Notes under the pieces: generated by a model
Told to the model about the DNA's origin: nothing
Database searches by the model: none
Seen by the model: the letters and a program-made list of their open reading frames with translations, nothing else
Assembly: GCA_016935265.1 (NCBI GenBank)
Contig: JAFGRH010000043.1
Coordinates: 1 to 59,157, forward strand
Source of the DNA: Candidatus Woesearchaeota archaeon
GTDB taxonomy: Archaea > Nanobdellota > Nanobdellia > Woesearchaeales > UBA10216
Reading direction: 5' to 3'
Length of the DNA: 59,157 nt
In this document: positions 51,053 through 59,157 of the stretch, piece by piece
Position numbering within the stretch: position 1 is the stretch's first letter
How the letters are laid out: every line of letters starts with the position of its first letter
Position numbers and translations under genes: made by a program

Positions 51053-51490
51053 ATGGTGTTTAAAAGAGGTAGAAGAGTAAGCTCCAGCGCTCAGGTCAGC
51101 ATGGAGTACCTCATTGTCATCTCATTTGTTTTCATGCTCATTATCCCGCTAACTATCTACTTTGTTGGCCAGTCGCAGACAGCTACCGGCGAGGTCAACA
51201 CAGCACAGCTTGAGCAGGTTTCAAGGAAAATTGTTGAGAACGCTGAGAAGGTTTATGCCTTTGGCGAGCCAACTACTTTTACGCTTAAGGTATACATTCC
51301 CGACAAGGTTGAGTCAGTTACGATAGCAAATAACGAGATTGAGTTCATTATCAACAGGGACGGGTCTCCATCAAGCGTTGTTGAGATCTTTCCCATGAAT
51401 GTTTCGGGCAGCTTAAGCACCCATCAGGGGATTCATAAGATAAGGGTGCAGGCCATAAACAACTCAGTAGCCATCTCAGAAGTAAGCTGA
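51053..51490 (+). CDS. Class III signal-peptide protein (archaeal pilin-like).
   Basis: ..SSAQVSMEYLIVISFVFMLIIPL matches the Q.S.EYL class III signal motif. Confidence 0.6.
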   Translation: MVFKRGRRVSSSAQVSMEYLIVISFVFMLIIPLTIYFVGQSQTATGEVNTAQLEQVSRKIVENAEKVYAFGEPTTFTLKVYIPDKVESVTIANNEIEFIINRDGSPSSVVEIFPMNVSGSLSTHQGIHKIRVQAINNSVAISEVS

Positions 51491-51492
51491 AA

Positions 51493-51879
51493 ATGAATAA
51501 AAGGGGTCAGGTAGCTTTTGAATTTATGGTAGTTCTTGTCATAGTTGTAATTATAACAACAGTCATCGGCCTTATTTCCTCGGACAAGCTTTCTGAGATG
51601 AAAAATTATAATGACCTTGACGAAATGGAGGGCGTTGCCTTCACTTTAAAGAACGAAATTGACATTGCGCATTCGATGAGTTCAGGCTACATAAGGACAT
51701 TCGAGCTTCCTGAGAACCTTCTGGCAGGCAATTATACCATAGGCCTTGAAGAGGATTCTGTTGTTGTCAGGCTTAACGGAAAGGAGACTGTAGTTTCCGT
51801 CCAGCCGGTAAACGGCTCTGTAAGGAAGGGCGAGAACAATATAACCAAAATGAACGGGCACGTGGTGCTTAATGGCTAA
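51493..51879 (+). CDS. Class III signal-peptide protein (archaeal pilin-like).
   Basis: MNKRGQVAFEFMVVLVIVVIITTVIGL. Confidence 0.6.
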   Translation: MNKRGQVAFEFMVVLVIVVIITTVIGLISSDKLSEMKNYNDLDEMEGVAFTLKNEIDIAHSMSSGYIRTFELPENLLAGNYTIGLEEDSVVVRLNGKETVVSVQPVNGSVRKGENNITKMNGHVVLNG

Positions 51880-52390
51880 GGCGCAGACATTTTACCTTGA
51901 CATGTTTGTCGGGATAGGCATATTTGTTGCTGCGGTTATTTTGTTTATAGCCTTAAGCAGCAATGAGCAGCCTGAGGAGAGCGCCTTTGAGTTTTTGGTT
52001 GGCACAGCGGAGGCAATTTCATCTTCACTTGTTTCTCCAGGCGAGCCTGAAGACTGGACTGCCGATAACGTTCAGCAGCTGGGAATAGTTGAGGGCCTGT
52101 ACCTGCTGAACGGGACAAAGGCAAGGGCCCTTATGACAATGAATCCGGTTAATGCAAGCATTCTTTTTGGGGCTAACTCAAATTACGCTGTCTTTTTTGA
52201 GGACAAGGACGGAAACATTTTGAACTTTGGCAACTGCACGCTTAACAATGCAGGTTTTGCCGTTCAAAACCTGACTCCGTCGCTCTGCGAAAACTTCACC
52301 ATAACCCCGCAGCAGCACCTTGTGAGCGTAGAGCGGCTGGCCATGCATAATTTTTCAATAATTAAGATAGTGATTCACACATGGATTTAA
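51872..52390 (+). CDS. Pilin-like protein.
   Basis: MAKAQTFYLDMFVGIGIFVAAVILFIAL. Overlaps both neighbours. Confidence 0.5.
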   Translation: MAKAQTFYLDMFVGIGIFVAAVILFIALSSNEQPEESAFEFLVGTAEAISSSLVSPGEPEDWTADNVQQLGIVEGLYLLNGTKARALMTMNPVNASILFGANSNYAVFFEDKDGNILNFGNCTLNNAGFAVQNLTPSLCENFTITPQQHLVSVERLAMHNFSIIKIVIHTWI

Positions 52391-55149
52391 TTAAAATGAA
52401 AAAAGGGTATTATTTCACAATAGATGCCATTGTTGCGGCAACGCTTCTTATCCTTGGTATCTTCCTGGCTTCATCCTTTTATCTCACAGAGCCTGAGACA
52501 AGCAACATAGAGCACTACTCGCAGGACATTATTAACATAATATCATACGTGAAGCTTTACGAGCTTAACAGCACAGTGGTTAATGAGCTTTACGCTGCCG
52601 GTGAGATAACCGACCTTAACAAGACCCTGCTTGAGCAGGCAGCCCAGTTCTGGGCTGAGAACAAGACTGGTCTCGCAAACCAGCTTCTTAACATAACCTC
52701 TGACATTGTTCCTTTGCAGTTCAAAATAGGCGCCTTTTTTGGTGACGAGTCTGTTTACGGGAGCAACTACACTGGAACCCCGCAGGTCCTTATTTCCTCA
52801 AAAAGGCTTATTTCAGGAATTGAGAAGGGCAAGCCCGTTGAGGGCTTTTCGTCAAGCGCCCAGCTTTCAAGCTTTCAGTGGAGAAGCGGTTTCTCTTACT
52901 ACTACTTCGGCGGGTTTGTAGGTCAGGGAAACCTGACTGCAAGTGTTATCCTGCCTGATAACATTGTCAACATAACCAGCGGATACCTTGAGCTTGACGT
53001 AAGCGACAATTTCACCCTTTACATTAACGGCGATTTTGCGGGAAGCTATGGCAAGGGAAGTGCAGGCGGCGGGTATAAGCTTGCTGATAAGTGGGAGATA
53101 AATGATTCCTACCTTGACAGCCTGGATGAGGGAACTAATTACATCAGCCTGAACTTTTCAGACTCTTTTGGTTACGTGGCTGGGGGTTTTATAAGGATAG
53201 GCTATTTGACTTCTGATATAAACGACTCTGAGATAAAGTTCTCAGAGGGACTTGCAAGTCAGCGCTACTATTTCACGGGCATCAGGGGTTTAATCAACCT
53301 GTTTGATTCTTTCTTCATTCCAGGCGAGCTTCAGGCGGCTTCGGTGTACATCCACTACAACAGCAGCCTTCCGGCTTTCCTCACAGTGGGGAATTCCACA
53401 ATATGGAGCCATGAAGCAGAGGGTGAGCAGTTTATAACACTCTCGGATGCTGAGCTAAGCACAAAGCTGACTTACTCTGAACTAAGCCAAAAGACCGTGC
53501 CGCTTAGGTTTGGCGTTACGAGCGGGAACGTGACAACTACTGGTGGCGCTGGCGGAACTGCTGACGTAGTCCTGGTTAACGACTTGTCAGGCAGCATGGA
53601 ATGGTGCGCGCAGAACCCGTGTTCAAGCTCTCCCAGCGGCATTGACTGGTACTGCGGAACGTGGCATCTTTATTTTCCTCTGTCAGGGACTTATTGCGAA
53701 TCAGTCACAGAGAATTACGTTCTTCCTGGCTATGGAAATGTTTGCTCTTCAAGGTGGCACGCATTCTGCCCCCCTAGTGATGTGAGAAAAATAGATATTG
53801 CAGTAAACGCAAGCGAGGCATTCACAGAAATCCTTTTGGGTGCTGAGGGCAACAGGCTTGGTCTTGTTGGATATTCAGACAGTTTGAATGCTGTAGTCCC
53901 TCAGGGCGGGAGCTGGGGTGACAGGTTTTATATGTTCCCTGACAGCATTGTTTCTTATAACAATCTAACTGAAAACACAACTGAAATTACGAACCACATA
54001 GAGGCATATATGGATTCTTACTGGGGAACGTGCATCTGCTGCGGGATAAGGAAGGCGAAGGAGATGATCAACCAGCTGAGCAACGAGAGCAGGTTCAAGT
54101 CCATTATCATTATGAGTGATGGCGAAGCAACAGACAACTGCCCTGGCAGCTCAGGCGACCCCAAAACCGGAGCGATAAACGAGGCGCAGGATGCCTGCAA
54201 TAATTATAACATCTCAGTAAGCTCGGTTGCTTTCGGGGGGGATGCAGATACAGCAACCCTGCAGGCGATGATTTGCAACGGCGGCAGTTTTTACAATGCG
54301 ACAAATGTTTCTGCGCTTATAAGCGCCTATGAGGAGATAGCAGAGCATATTAACAACGTTACTTACTCCGAACAGGTCATTAACGTGAGCGGGGGCGCTC
54401 CTGCCGAGGGAATTCTTTTCGAGGACTCCTACATCGAATACAATTATACCCCGAACGTCATCCAGACTTTCGGGGTTATTCCGGCAACCCTGGAAACGCC
54501 GAGGTTTGGCAATAACGTCTCAGAGTCTGTGCTTGAGTTGCTCCCTGAAATGCAGCTTAACGAGGTGAGGGTGACCAGCTACTCTGCAGAAACTTGGACG
54601 GATAACCTTACCGTAAGCAACAGCGTTCCGGGAAGGACAGCATTTTCCCTTGCTGAAATGGCGGATAACTACTCGAACATAGGCGACCCCTTTGTTGTTT
54701 ATGCTAATCCAGGGCTTTTTGAGGAAGGGAACAATCTTGTTCACATAAGCACAGGTAATGTCCAGAGGCAGTACTCTGGTGGCTCAAGCGACAACATAAT
54801 AATATACAAGGTCCTTATTTCGAACATGATAAGCGAGTCAGGAGTCTTTTCCGCAGCAGACGGGTGCACTTGGTGGAACATAACTTTCGAGGACAATACA
54901 AGCGTTAAGCTAGTAATCCCTTCTGATTACACTGGAGGGGAGGAATGCAGCTACAACCCTCCGCACTACAGTGATGACGATGCTGTTGACACTGCAGTTT
55001 ACAACCTTCTCAGCGTGCTTGACCTTGACGATGACGGGCTCCTTGACGTGAAATTTGACGCGGACAGCCTTGCGATAGAGGCTTTTACAATAACCGACGT
55101 TCCTTCCCTTTGGGGTCCTACAGTTGCCGAGGTGAGGGTCTGGCAATGA
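52381..55149 (+). CDS. Very large pilin-like protein carrying a vWA domain (candidate pilus tip or adhesin subunit).
   Basis: The N-terminus (MDLIK)MKKGYYFTIDAIVAATLLILGIFL is pilin-like. An internal MIDAS site reads DVVLVNDLSGSMEW...IIIMSDGEAT. The start could be 52381 or 52396. Confidence 0.65.
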   Translation: MDLIKMKKGYYFTIDAIVAATLLILGIFLASSFYLTEPETSNIEHYSQDIINIISYVKLYELNSTVVNELYAAGEITDLNKTLLEQAAQFWAENKTGLANQLLNITSDIVPLQFKIGAFFGDESVYGSNYTGTPQVLISSKRLISGIEKGKPVEGFSSSAQLSSFQWRSGFSYYYFGGFVGQGNLTASVILPDNIVNITSGYLELDVSDNFTLYINGDFAGSYGKGSAGGGYKLADKWEINDSYLDSLDEGTNYISLNFSDSFGYVAGGFIRIGYLTSDINDSEIKFSEGLASQRYYFTGIRGLINLFDSFFIPGELQAASVYIHYNSSLPAFLTVGNSTIWSHEAEGEQFITLSDAELSTKLTYSELSQKTVPLRFGVTSGNVTTTGGAGGTADVVLVNDLSGSMEWCAQNPCSSSPSGIDWYCGTWHLYFPLSGTYCESVTENYVLPGYGNVCSSRWHAFCPPSDVRKIDIAVNASEAFTEILLGAEGNRLGLVGYSDSLNAVVPQGGSWGDRFYMFPDSIVSYNNLTENTTEITNHIEAYMDSYWGTCICCGIRKAKEMINQLSNESRFKSIIIMSDGEATDNCPGSSGDPKTGAINEAQDACNNYNISVSSVAFGGDADTATLQAMICNGGSFYNATNVSALISAYEEIAEHINNVTYSEQVINVSGGAPAEGILFEDSYIEYNYTPNVIQTFGVIPATLETPRFGNNVSESVLELLPEMQLNEVRVTSYSAETWTDNLTVSNSVPGRTAFSLAEMADNYSNIGDPFVVYANPGLFEEGNNLVHISTGNVQRQYSGGSSDNIIIYKVLISNMISESGVFSAADGCTWWNITFEDNTSVKLVIPSDYTGGEECSYNPPHYSDDDAVDTAVYNLLSVLDLDDDGLLDVKFDADSLAIEAFTITDVPSLWGPTVAEVRVWQ

Positions 55150-56075
55150 AAAAGAAAGCGGTTTTTTTTACCTTCTCCGCACTTCTTCTTCTTACAGTGG
55201 CATTCACAGGCATCCTTTTTCAGACACGCTACAGTGTTAGCGAGGAAAATGAGCTTGTTAGCTTCAAAACATCCTCCCTGAATTCATTTGTCCTCAGCCT
55301 TGACCAGGACATTGAGAGGGGCCTTTTCATAGCTGGCTTTCGCGCCTTGATATCGGCGGACCAGGTAGTATCCGGCTCCGGCGAGTTTCTTAATGATTCC
55401 GAATCAGCCATTCGGGAGGCAATGGTTAACGGAACAATAAACGGGAAATCTGTCTCCATGATGAACCAGAGCACAATAGGCGAGTGGCTGTCACGAATAG
55501 AGTCCGAGGCTACGAAAATGGGAATAATTGTGAACTTCAGCTATGTGAGCTTAGAGATAAACCAGACCAATCCGTGGGAGGTGGGTTACAAAGCAACAAT
55601 AATTTACAACGTTACTGATTTTACCGGCACGGCAGACTTCAGGCGGGAGGGGGGCGTGGAAACAGAAGTAAGCATAGACGGCCTGAAGGACCCCCTTTAT
55701 ACTGTTTTCACGAGCGGCAAGATAATAAGGGCGATAAACATGACTGCTTATGAGGGAAATTACGTCTCCGGGGTTGACACAACAAACCTTAAGGAGCACA
55801 TTAACAGCCTGATGTACGCGAACTCATCAGGCCCGAGCTATCTTATGCGGCTTGAGGGCAATCTTGGCAACTCCTCTGTAGGCATAGAAAGCATAGTAAG
55901 GCTTCCTGACCTTCAGGAACAGGGTTTGCCGGTCTACGAGCGCAGCTGCGTTGATTACATATATTTTGGAAATGACACCCCTGAAATCTATGTGATAAAC
56001 AACACATTTGAGGACTGGTTAAGGATAGATGATGCCCACCTTGAAAAGTACCGGGTTGAGGGCGTAGCAGAGTAG
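55146..56075 (+). CDS. Pilin-like or pilus-associated protein.
   Basis: I place the start at MKKKAVFFTFSALLLLTVAF, with an ATGA overlap with the upstream stop. Confidence 0.5.
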   Translation: MKKKAVFFTFSALLLLTVAFTGILFQTRYSVSEENELVSFKTSSLNSFVLSLDQDIERGLFIAGFRALISADQVVSGSGEFLNDSESAIREAMVNGTINGKSVSMMNQSTIGEWLSRIESEATKMGIIVNFSYVSLEINQTNPWEVGYKATIIYNVTDFTGTADFRREGGVETEVSIDGLKDPLYTVFTSGKIIRAINMTAYEGNYVSGVDTTNLKEHINSLMYANSSGPSYLMRLEGNLGNSSVGIESIVRLPDLQEQGLPVYERSCVDYIYFGNDTPEIYVINNTFEDWLRIDDAHLEKYRVEGVAE

Positions 56076-56162
56076 CTGCATTGAAAAGATTTTTATAGCT
56101 GAAGGGTTGCTTTTATAGTGCCCCTCCAGTTAAAAGAAAAGGGAGAAAGGTGTTGGGAAAAA

Positions 56163-57311
56163 ATGGGTGAAAAATCAGTTATAACTACAGGCGTTGACAA
56201 GCTAGTGCAGCTTGTGATGCAGAAAAGGAGGGTTGGCATCGATGAGGCAGCTAAATCTCTGCAGGTCCCCAAAGTGCTTATTGAGGAGTGGGCTGACTTC
56301 CTAGAGGAGAGGGAGGTAATAGGGATAGAGTACAAGTTTGCCAAGCCTTTCCTTGTTTACAAGGAGCTTTCAAAACAGGAGACTAAACAGCTTTCAAAGC
56401 AGTTTGTTGGCAGGAAAGAGGGCTTTGTTCGCAAGGTCGATTCAGTTCTTCAGTATCTTGAGCAGGAAAGCGATGGCATTAGGAGGCTGAAGGAAGAGAT
56501 GGACAGCATGACCAAGGAGATTGACTCCAAGGTCGGCCATGTCAAGGATGAGCTCAGGCTGCTTGCTGATTATGAGGCAAAGAAGAAGGCAGTCGATACA
56601 CGCATTGTTGATCAGGAAAAAAAGTTTGAGTCAAAGCGTGACAGATTGACGAAGCAGATAGAGGCGAATAAGCGTTCCGTTAACCAATATCTCCAGTTTG
56701 TAGAGGAAAAGGAGAAGGAGCTTACAAGGGAGGAGAAACTTGCAAAAGAGCTTATGCAGAAGGAAACAGTCCTTGAAAAAAAGCTTCTCGCTCAGGCAGC
56801 CGATTTTGAGAAGAAGGTTGAGGGCGACAGGGAAAAGATGACAGAGGTTATGAAAAAGATTGCAGAGCTCAACATGCTTTCCGAGAAACTTGAGGTGGAC
56901 ATAGGAAAGCAGAAGCAGGCAATAGGGCCGCTGCTTGCCGAGAGCAAAAAATATGAGGAAGAAGTTGCAGCTATAAGGAAGAAGTTTGTCGATAAGCTTT
57001 CGTCGAGTAAGGGAAAAGGAGCGATTAAGTATTCTGATATAAAGAGGATAAGGGACGACTTTAACAGGCTTTTTGGCAAAAAATCTGACGCTGAAAAGCT
57101 GGTCACAAAGCTTAACAAGGATGTTGATGAGCTTAAGAAGGAATTCCGCGATCTGTCCAACGAGGCGATGGTTGTTAAGCTAAGCTCAAAGTCAAAGAAG
57201 GTGGCAGAATATCTGAAAGAGTTTGAATCAAAGTTTGACAAGCTCGAAGCTAAAAAAAAGAGTTTTGGAAAGGAAGTGCAAGCGCTCTCATCTATACTGA
57301 AGAAAATATAG
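56163..57311 (+). CDS. Coiled-coil protein with an N-terminal winged-helix-like domain, encoded just upstream of the pilus ATPase.
   Basis: I chose the start at MGEKSVITTGVDKLVQLV, with GGAGAAAGGTG upstream. The remainder is a long K/E-rich coiled coil. Confidence 0.5.
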   Translation: MGEKSVITTGVDKLVQLVMQKRRVGIDEAAKSLQVPKVLIEEWADFLEEREVIGIEYKFAKPFLVYKELSKQETKQLSKQFVGRKEGFVRKVDSVLQYLEQESDGIRRLKEEMDSMTKEIDSKVGHVKDELRLLADYEAKKKAVDTRIVDQEKKFESKRDRLTKQIEANKRSVNQYLQFVEEKEKELTREEKLAKELMQKETVLEKKLLAQAADFEKKVEGDREKMTEVMKKIAELNMLSEKLEVDIGKQKQAIGPLLAESKKYEEEVAAIRKKFVDKLSSSKGKGAIKYSDIKRIRDDFNRLFGKKSDAEKLVTKLNKDVDELKKEFRDLSNEAMVVKLSSKSKKVAEYLKEFESKFDKLEAKKKSFGKEVQALSSILKKI

Positions 57312-57340
57312 GGCGCGCTGCGTAAAAAAGAGGTGTGTTT

Positions 57341-58969
57341 ATGAAACCGCGGAAGCGCAAGAAGGCAGTTGCAGTTATGAAGGGCACTGCCTCAAAGAAA
57401 AGCGCTGAAAAATTAGTCGCTTCTTCTCCTATTACAAAGAGGCTTATTGCAGCCAAGGCTAAGAAGAGAAAGGCAGGTAAAACAGAAGAGGAGAAAGTCA
57501 ATCTTATCACTTCTTACGAATTCGAAAGCCACGATGTAGCTGTCCTTATAAGAATATACTCGAAAAGAGGAGATTACGTGCCGACTTATGAGGTGAACAT
57601 ACCACAGATAAGCGCAAACACTGAAATCGTTCTTGAGAGGATAAGGCACGAGCTCATACAGCAGGTCAACCTTGGAATAATAGAGATAATGGACACTAAC
57701 AAGGCAACCGCGATAGAGGACAGTTTCAAGGAGGCTATTGACATTCTTATCAAGAAATACTTCCCGAACCTGGATGAAAAGACCCTTGAGCTGCTTAAGG
57801 CATACCTTATACAGAAAAGCCTCGGCCTTGGCGATATAGAGATACTTATGGATGACAATGACGTTGAGGAAATAGCTGTCAACAGCTCAGGCGAGCCAAT
57901 CTGGGTTTACCACAGGAAGCACGGCTGGCTAAAAACAAACATCATTCCTCAGAGCGAGGACCAGATAAGGCATTACGCATCAACAATAGGCAGGAAGGTG
58001 GGGAGACAGATAACAATCCTCACCCCGCTTATGGATGCAAATATGGGCTCAGGTGACAGGGTCAATGCTACTCTTGCGCCGGTAAGCCTGAGGGGGAACA
58101 CAATCACGCTCAGGCAGTTTGCCTCAAAGCCATGGACAATAACAGATTTTCTTGAGAAAGGGAGCATTGAGCCTTTTGCAGCAGCCATAATCTGGCTTGC
58201 TGTCCAGTATGAGATGTCAGTTCTCATAGCAGGCGGAACAGCTTCAGGAAAGACCTCAATGCTTAATGTCATCTCAAACTTCTTCCCGCCAAACCAAAGA
58301 ATAATCTCTATTGAGGATACCCATGAGCTGCAGCTGCCAAGGTTCCTCCACTGGGTGCCCCTGATTACGAGGCTGCCTAACGTTGAGGGCAAGGGTGAAA
58401 TAACAATGCTTGACCTGCTTGTAAACTCGCTCAGAATGAGGCCTGACCGCATTCTGGTAGGTGAGATTAGGAGGAAGAAGGAGGCAGAAGTTTTGTTTGA
58501 GGCGATTCACACAGGCCACTCCGTTTACGCAACGATACACGCCAACAACGTTCACGAGACCGTAACAAGGGTTACAAGCCCGCCGATTGACGTCCCGAAA
58601 ACAATGCTTCCTGCAATATCGCTTATAGTTGTCCAGTACAGGAACAGGCGCACCGGCATAAGGAAGCTTTTCCAGATTGCCGAGATAACTCCTGAAGCAA
58701 CTGCAAACGTTTTGGTTCAGGCAGACCTGAAGAAAGACAGGCTAGTTAGGGTGAATAAGTCGAAGGCTTTTATGAATTCGCTTGAGCTCTACACAGGCAT
58801 GTCACTAGGCTCAATCAACAAAGACGTTCAGGAAAAGGAGCTTGTTCTAAAGTGGCTCATGAAGCAAAAAATAAACGGCGTTGATGAAGTTGGCCGCGCA
58901 ATGGCTGAATATTACATTAATCATGACAGTTTTATGAAACTGGTTAGAAGCGGGAAGGGGTTAAATTAG
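57341..58969 (+). CDS. Type II/IV secretion-family ATPase (FlaI/VirB11/PilB-like pilus assembly ATPase).
   Basis: Walker A IAGGTASGKTSMLN, then RIISIEDTHEL, RPDRILVGEIR and TGHSVYATIHAN. AGGTG lies 6 nt upstream of the ATG. Confidence 0.9.
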   Translation: MKPRKRKKAVAVMKGTASKKSAEKLVASSPITKRLIAAKAKKRKAGKTEEEKVNLITSYEFESHDVAVLIRIYSKRGDYVPTYEVNIPQISANTEIVLERIRHELIQQVNLGIIEIMDTNKATAIEDSFKEAIDILIKKYFPNLDEKTLELLKAYLIQKSLGLGDIEILMDDNDVEEIAVNSSGEPIWVYHRKHGWLKTNIIPQSEDQIRHYASTIGRKVGRQITILTPLMDANMGSGDRVNATLAPVSLRGNTITLRQFASKPWTITDFLEKGSIEPFAAAIIWLAVQYEMSVLIAGGTASGKTSMLNVISNFFPPNQRIISIEDTHELQLPRFLHWVPLITRLPNVEGKGEITMLDLLVNSLRMRPDRILVGEIRRKKEAEVLFEAIHTGHSVYATIHANNVHETVTRVTSPPIDVPKTMLPAISLIVVQYRNRRTGIRKLFQIAEITPEATANVLVQADLKKDRLVRVNKSKAFMNSLELYTGMSLGSINKDVQEKELVLKWLMKQKINGVDEVGRAMAEYYINHDSFMKLVRSGKGLN

Positions 58970-58991
58970 ATAGTTTTTATTGGTGAATGAA

Positions 58992-59157
58992 ATGGGTATT
59001 GCACTATTTAGGATGATTGCCACTTCTTTCCCCGGCTTAGGGGACAGGCTTGTCCAGGCAGGCCTGCACGAGCGGCCTGAAGAATTTATCCGGAAGTCAT
59101 TCCTGATTGCTTTCTACCTTACAACTTTTGTCATCTTCATATTAACAGTCATTTTCA
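58992..59157 (+). CDS. Probable FlaJ/TadC-like pilus platform membrane protein; N-terminal part only, continuing beyond the right edge.
   Basis: Open frame from ATG 58992 to the window end (MGIALFRMIATSFPGLGDRLVQAG...FYLTTFVIFILTVIF). Its position directly after the ATPase matches pilus and archaellum loci. Confidence 0.45.
   Translation, partial: MGIALFRMIATSFPGLGDRLVQAGLHERPEEFIRKSFLIAFYLTTFVIFILTVIF

Noticed and set aside
1-59157. I looked for CRISPR arrays, rRNA genes, transposases, IS elements and prophage-like integrase genes.
   Set aside because: I saw no regularly spaced direct repeats, no rRNA-like conserved stretches and no transposase or integrase motifs. The only mobile-element-type gene is the LAGLIDADG endonuclease.

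Overview
This is an archaeal chromosomal window that looks DPANN-like, with about 70 genes. The archaeal hallmarks visible in the sequence are:
- A/T-rich TATA boxes 25-32 nt upstream of starts.
- Many class III (prepilin-type) signal peptides.
- RNase P protein subunits Rpp30 and Rpp21.
- A Dph2 fragment.
- An initiator tRNA with an A1:U72 pair.

Housekeeping genes:
- gatB (partial, left edge), rpiB, pyrB, argH, an argB-like kinase, a PfkB kinase, ahcY and myo-inositol-1-phosphate synthase.
- LemA, HtpX and three EamA transporters.
- A MoxR-DUF58-vWA (Bat-like) operon.

Cell-surface content is heavy:
- A 962-aa Cys-rich/TSP3 adhesin.
- Two pilin operons.
- A type IV pilus/archaellum-like assembly locus, with a FlaI/VirB11-type ATPase and a partial FlaJ/TadC at the right edge.
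- Secreted transglutaminase-like, PLD-nuclease-like and Lon-S16-like proteins.

The most unusual signal is a dense cluster of bulge-helix-bulge (BHB) introns at 44.8-48.3 kb:
1. An initiator tRNA-Met gene becomes a canonical 75-nt tRNA only after five introns are removed.
2. A tRNA-Ser(GCU) carries two introns, at 37/38 and 59/60.
3. A 38-nt BHB element interrupts the RNase HII reading frame exactly inside the catalytic GIDEAGRGP motif.
4. These sit around a free-standing LAGLIDADG homing-endonuclease gene.

I saw no rRNA gene and no CRISPR array. All protein calls rest on motif recognition by eye; no database search was run.
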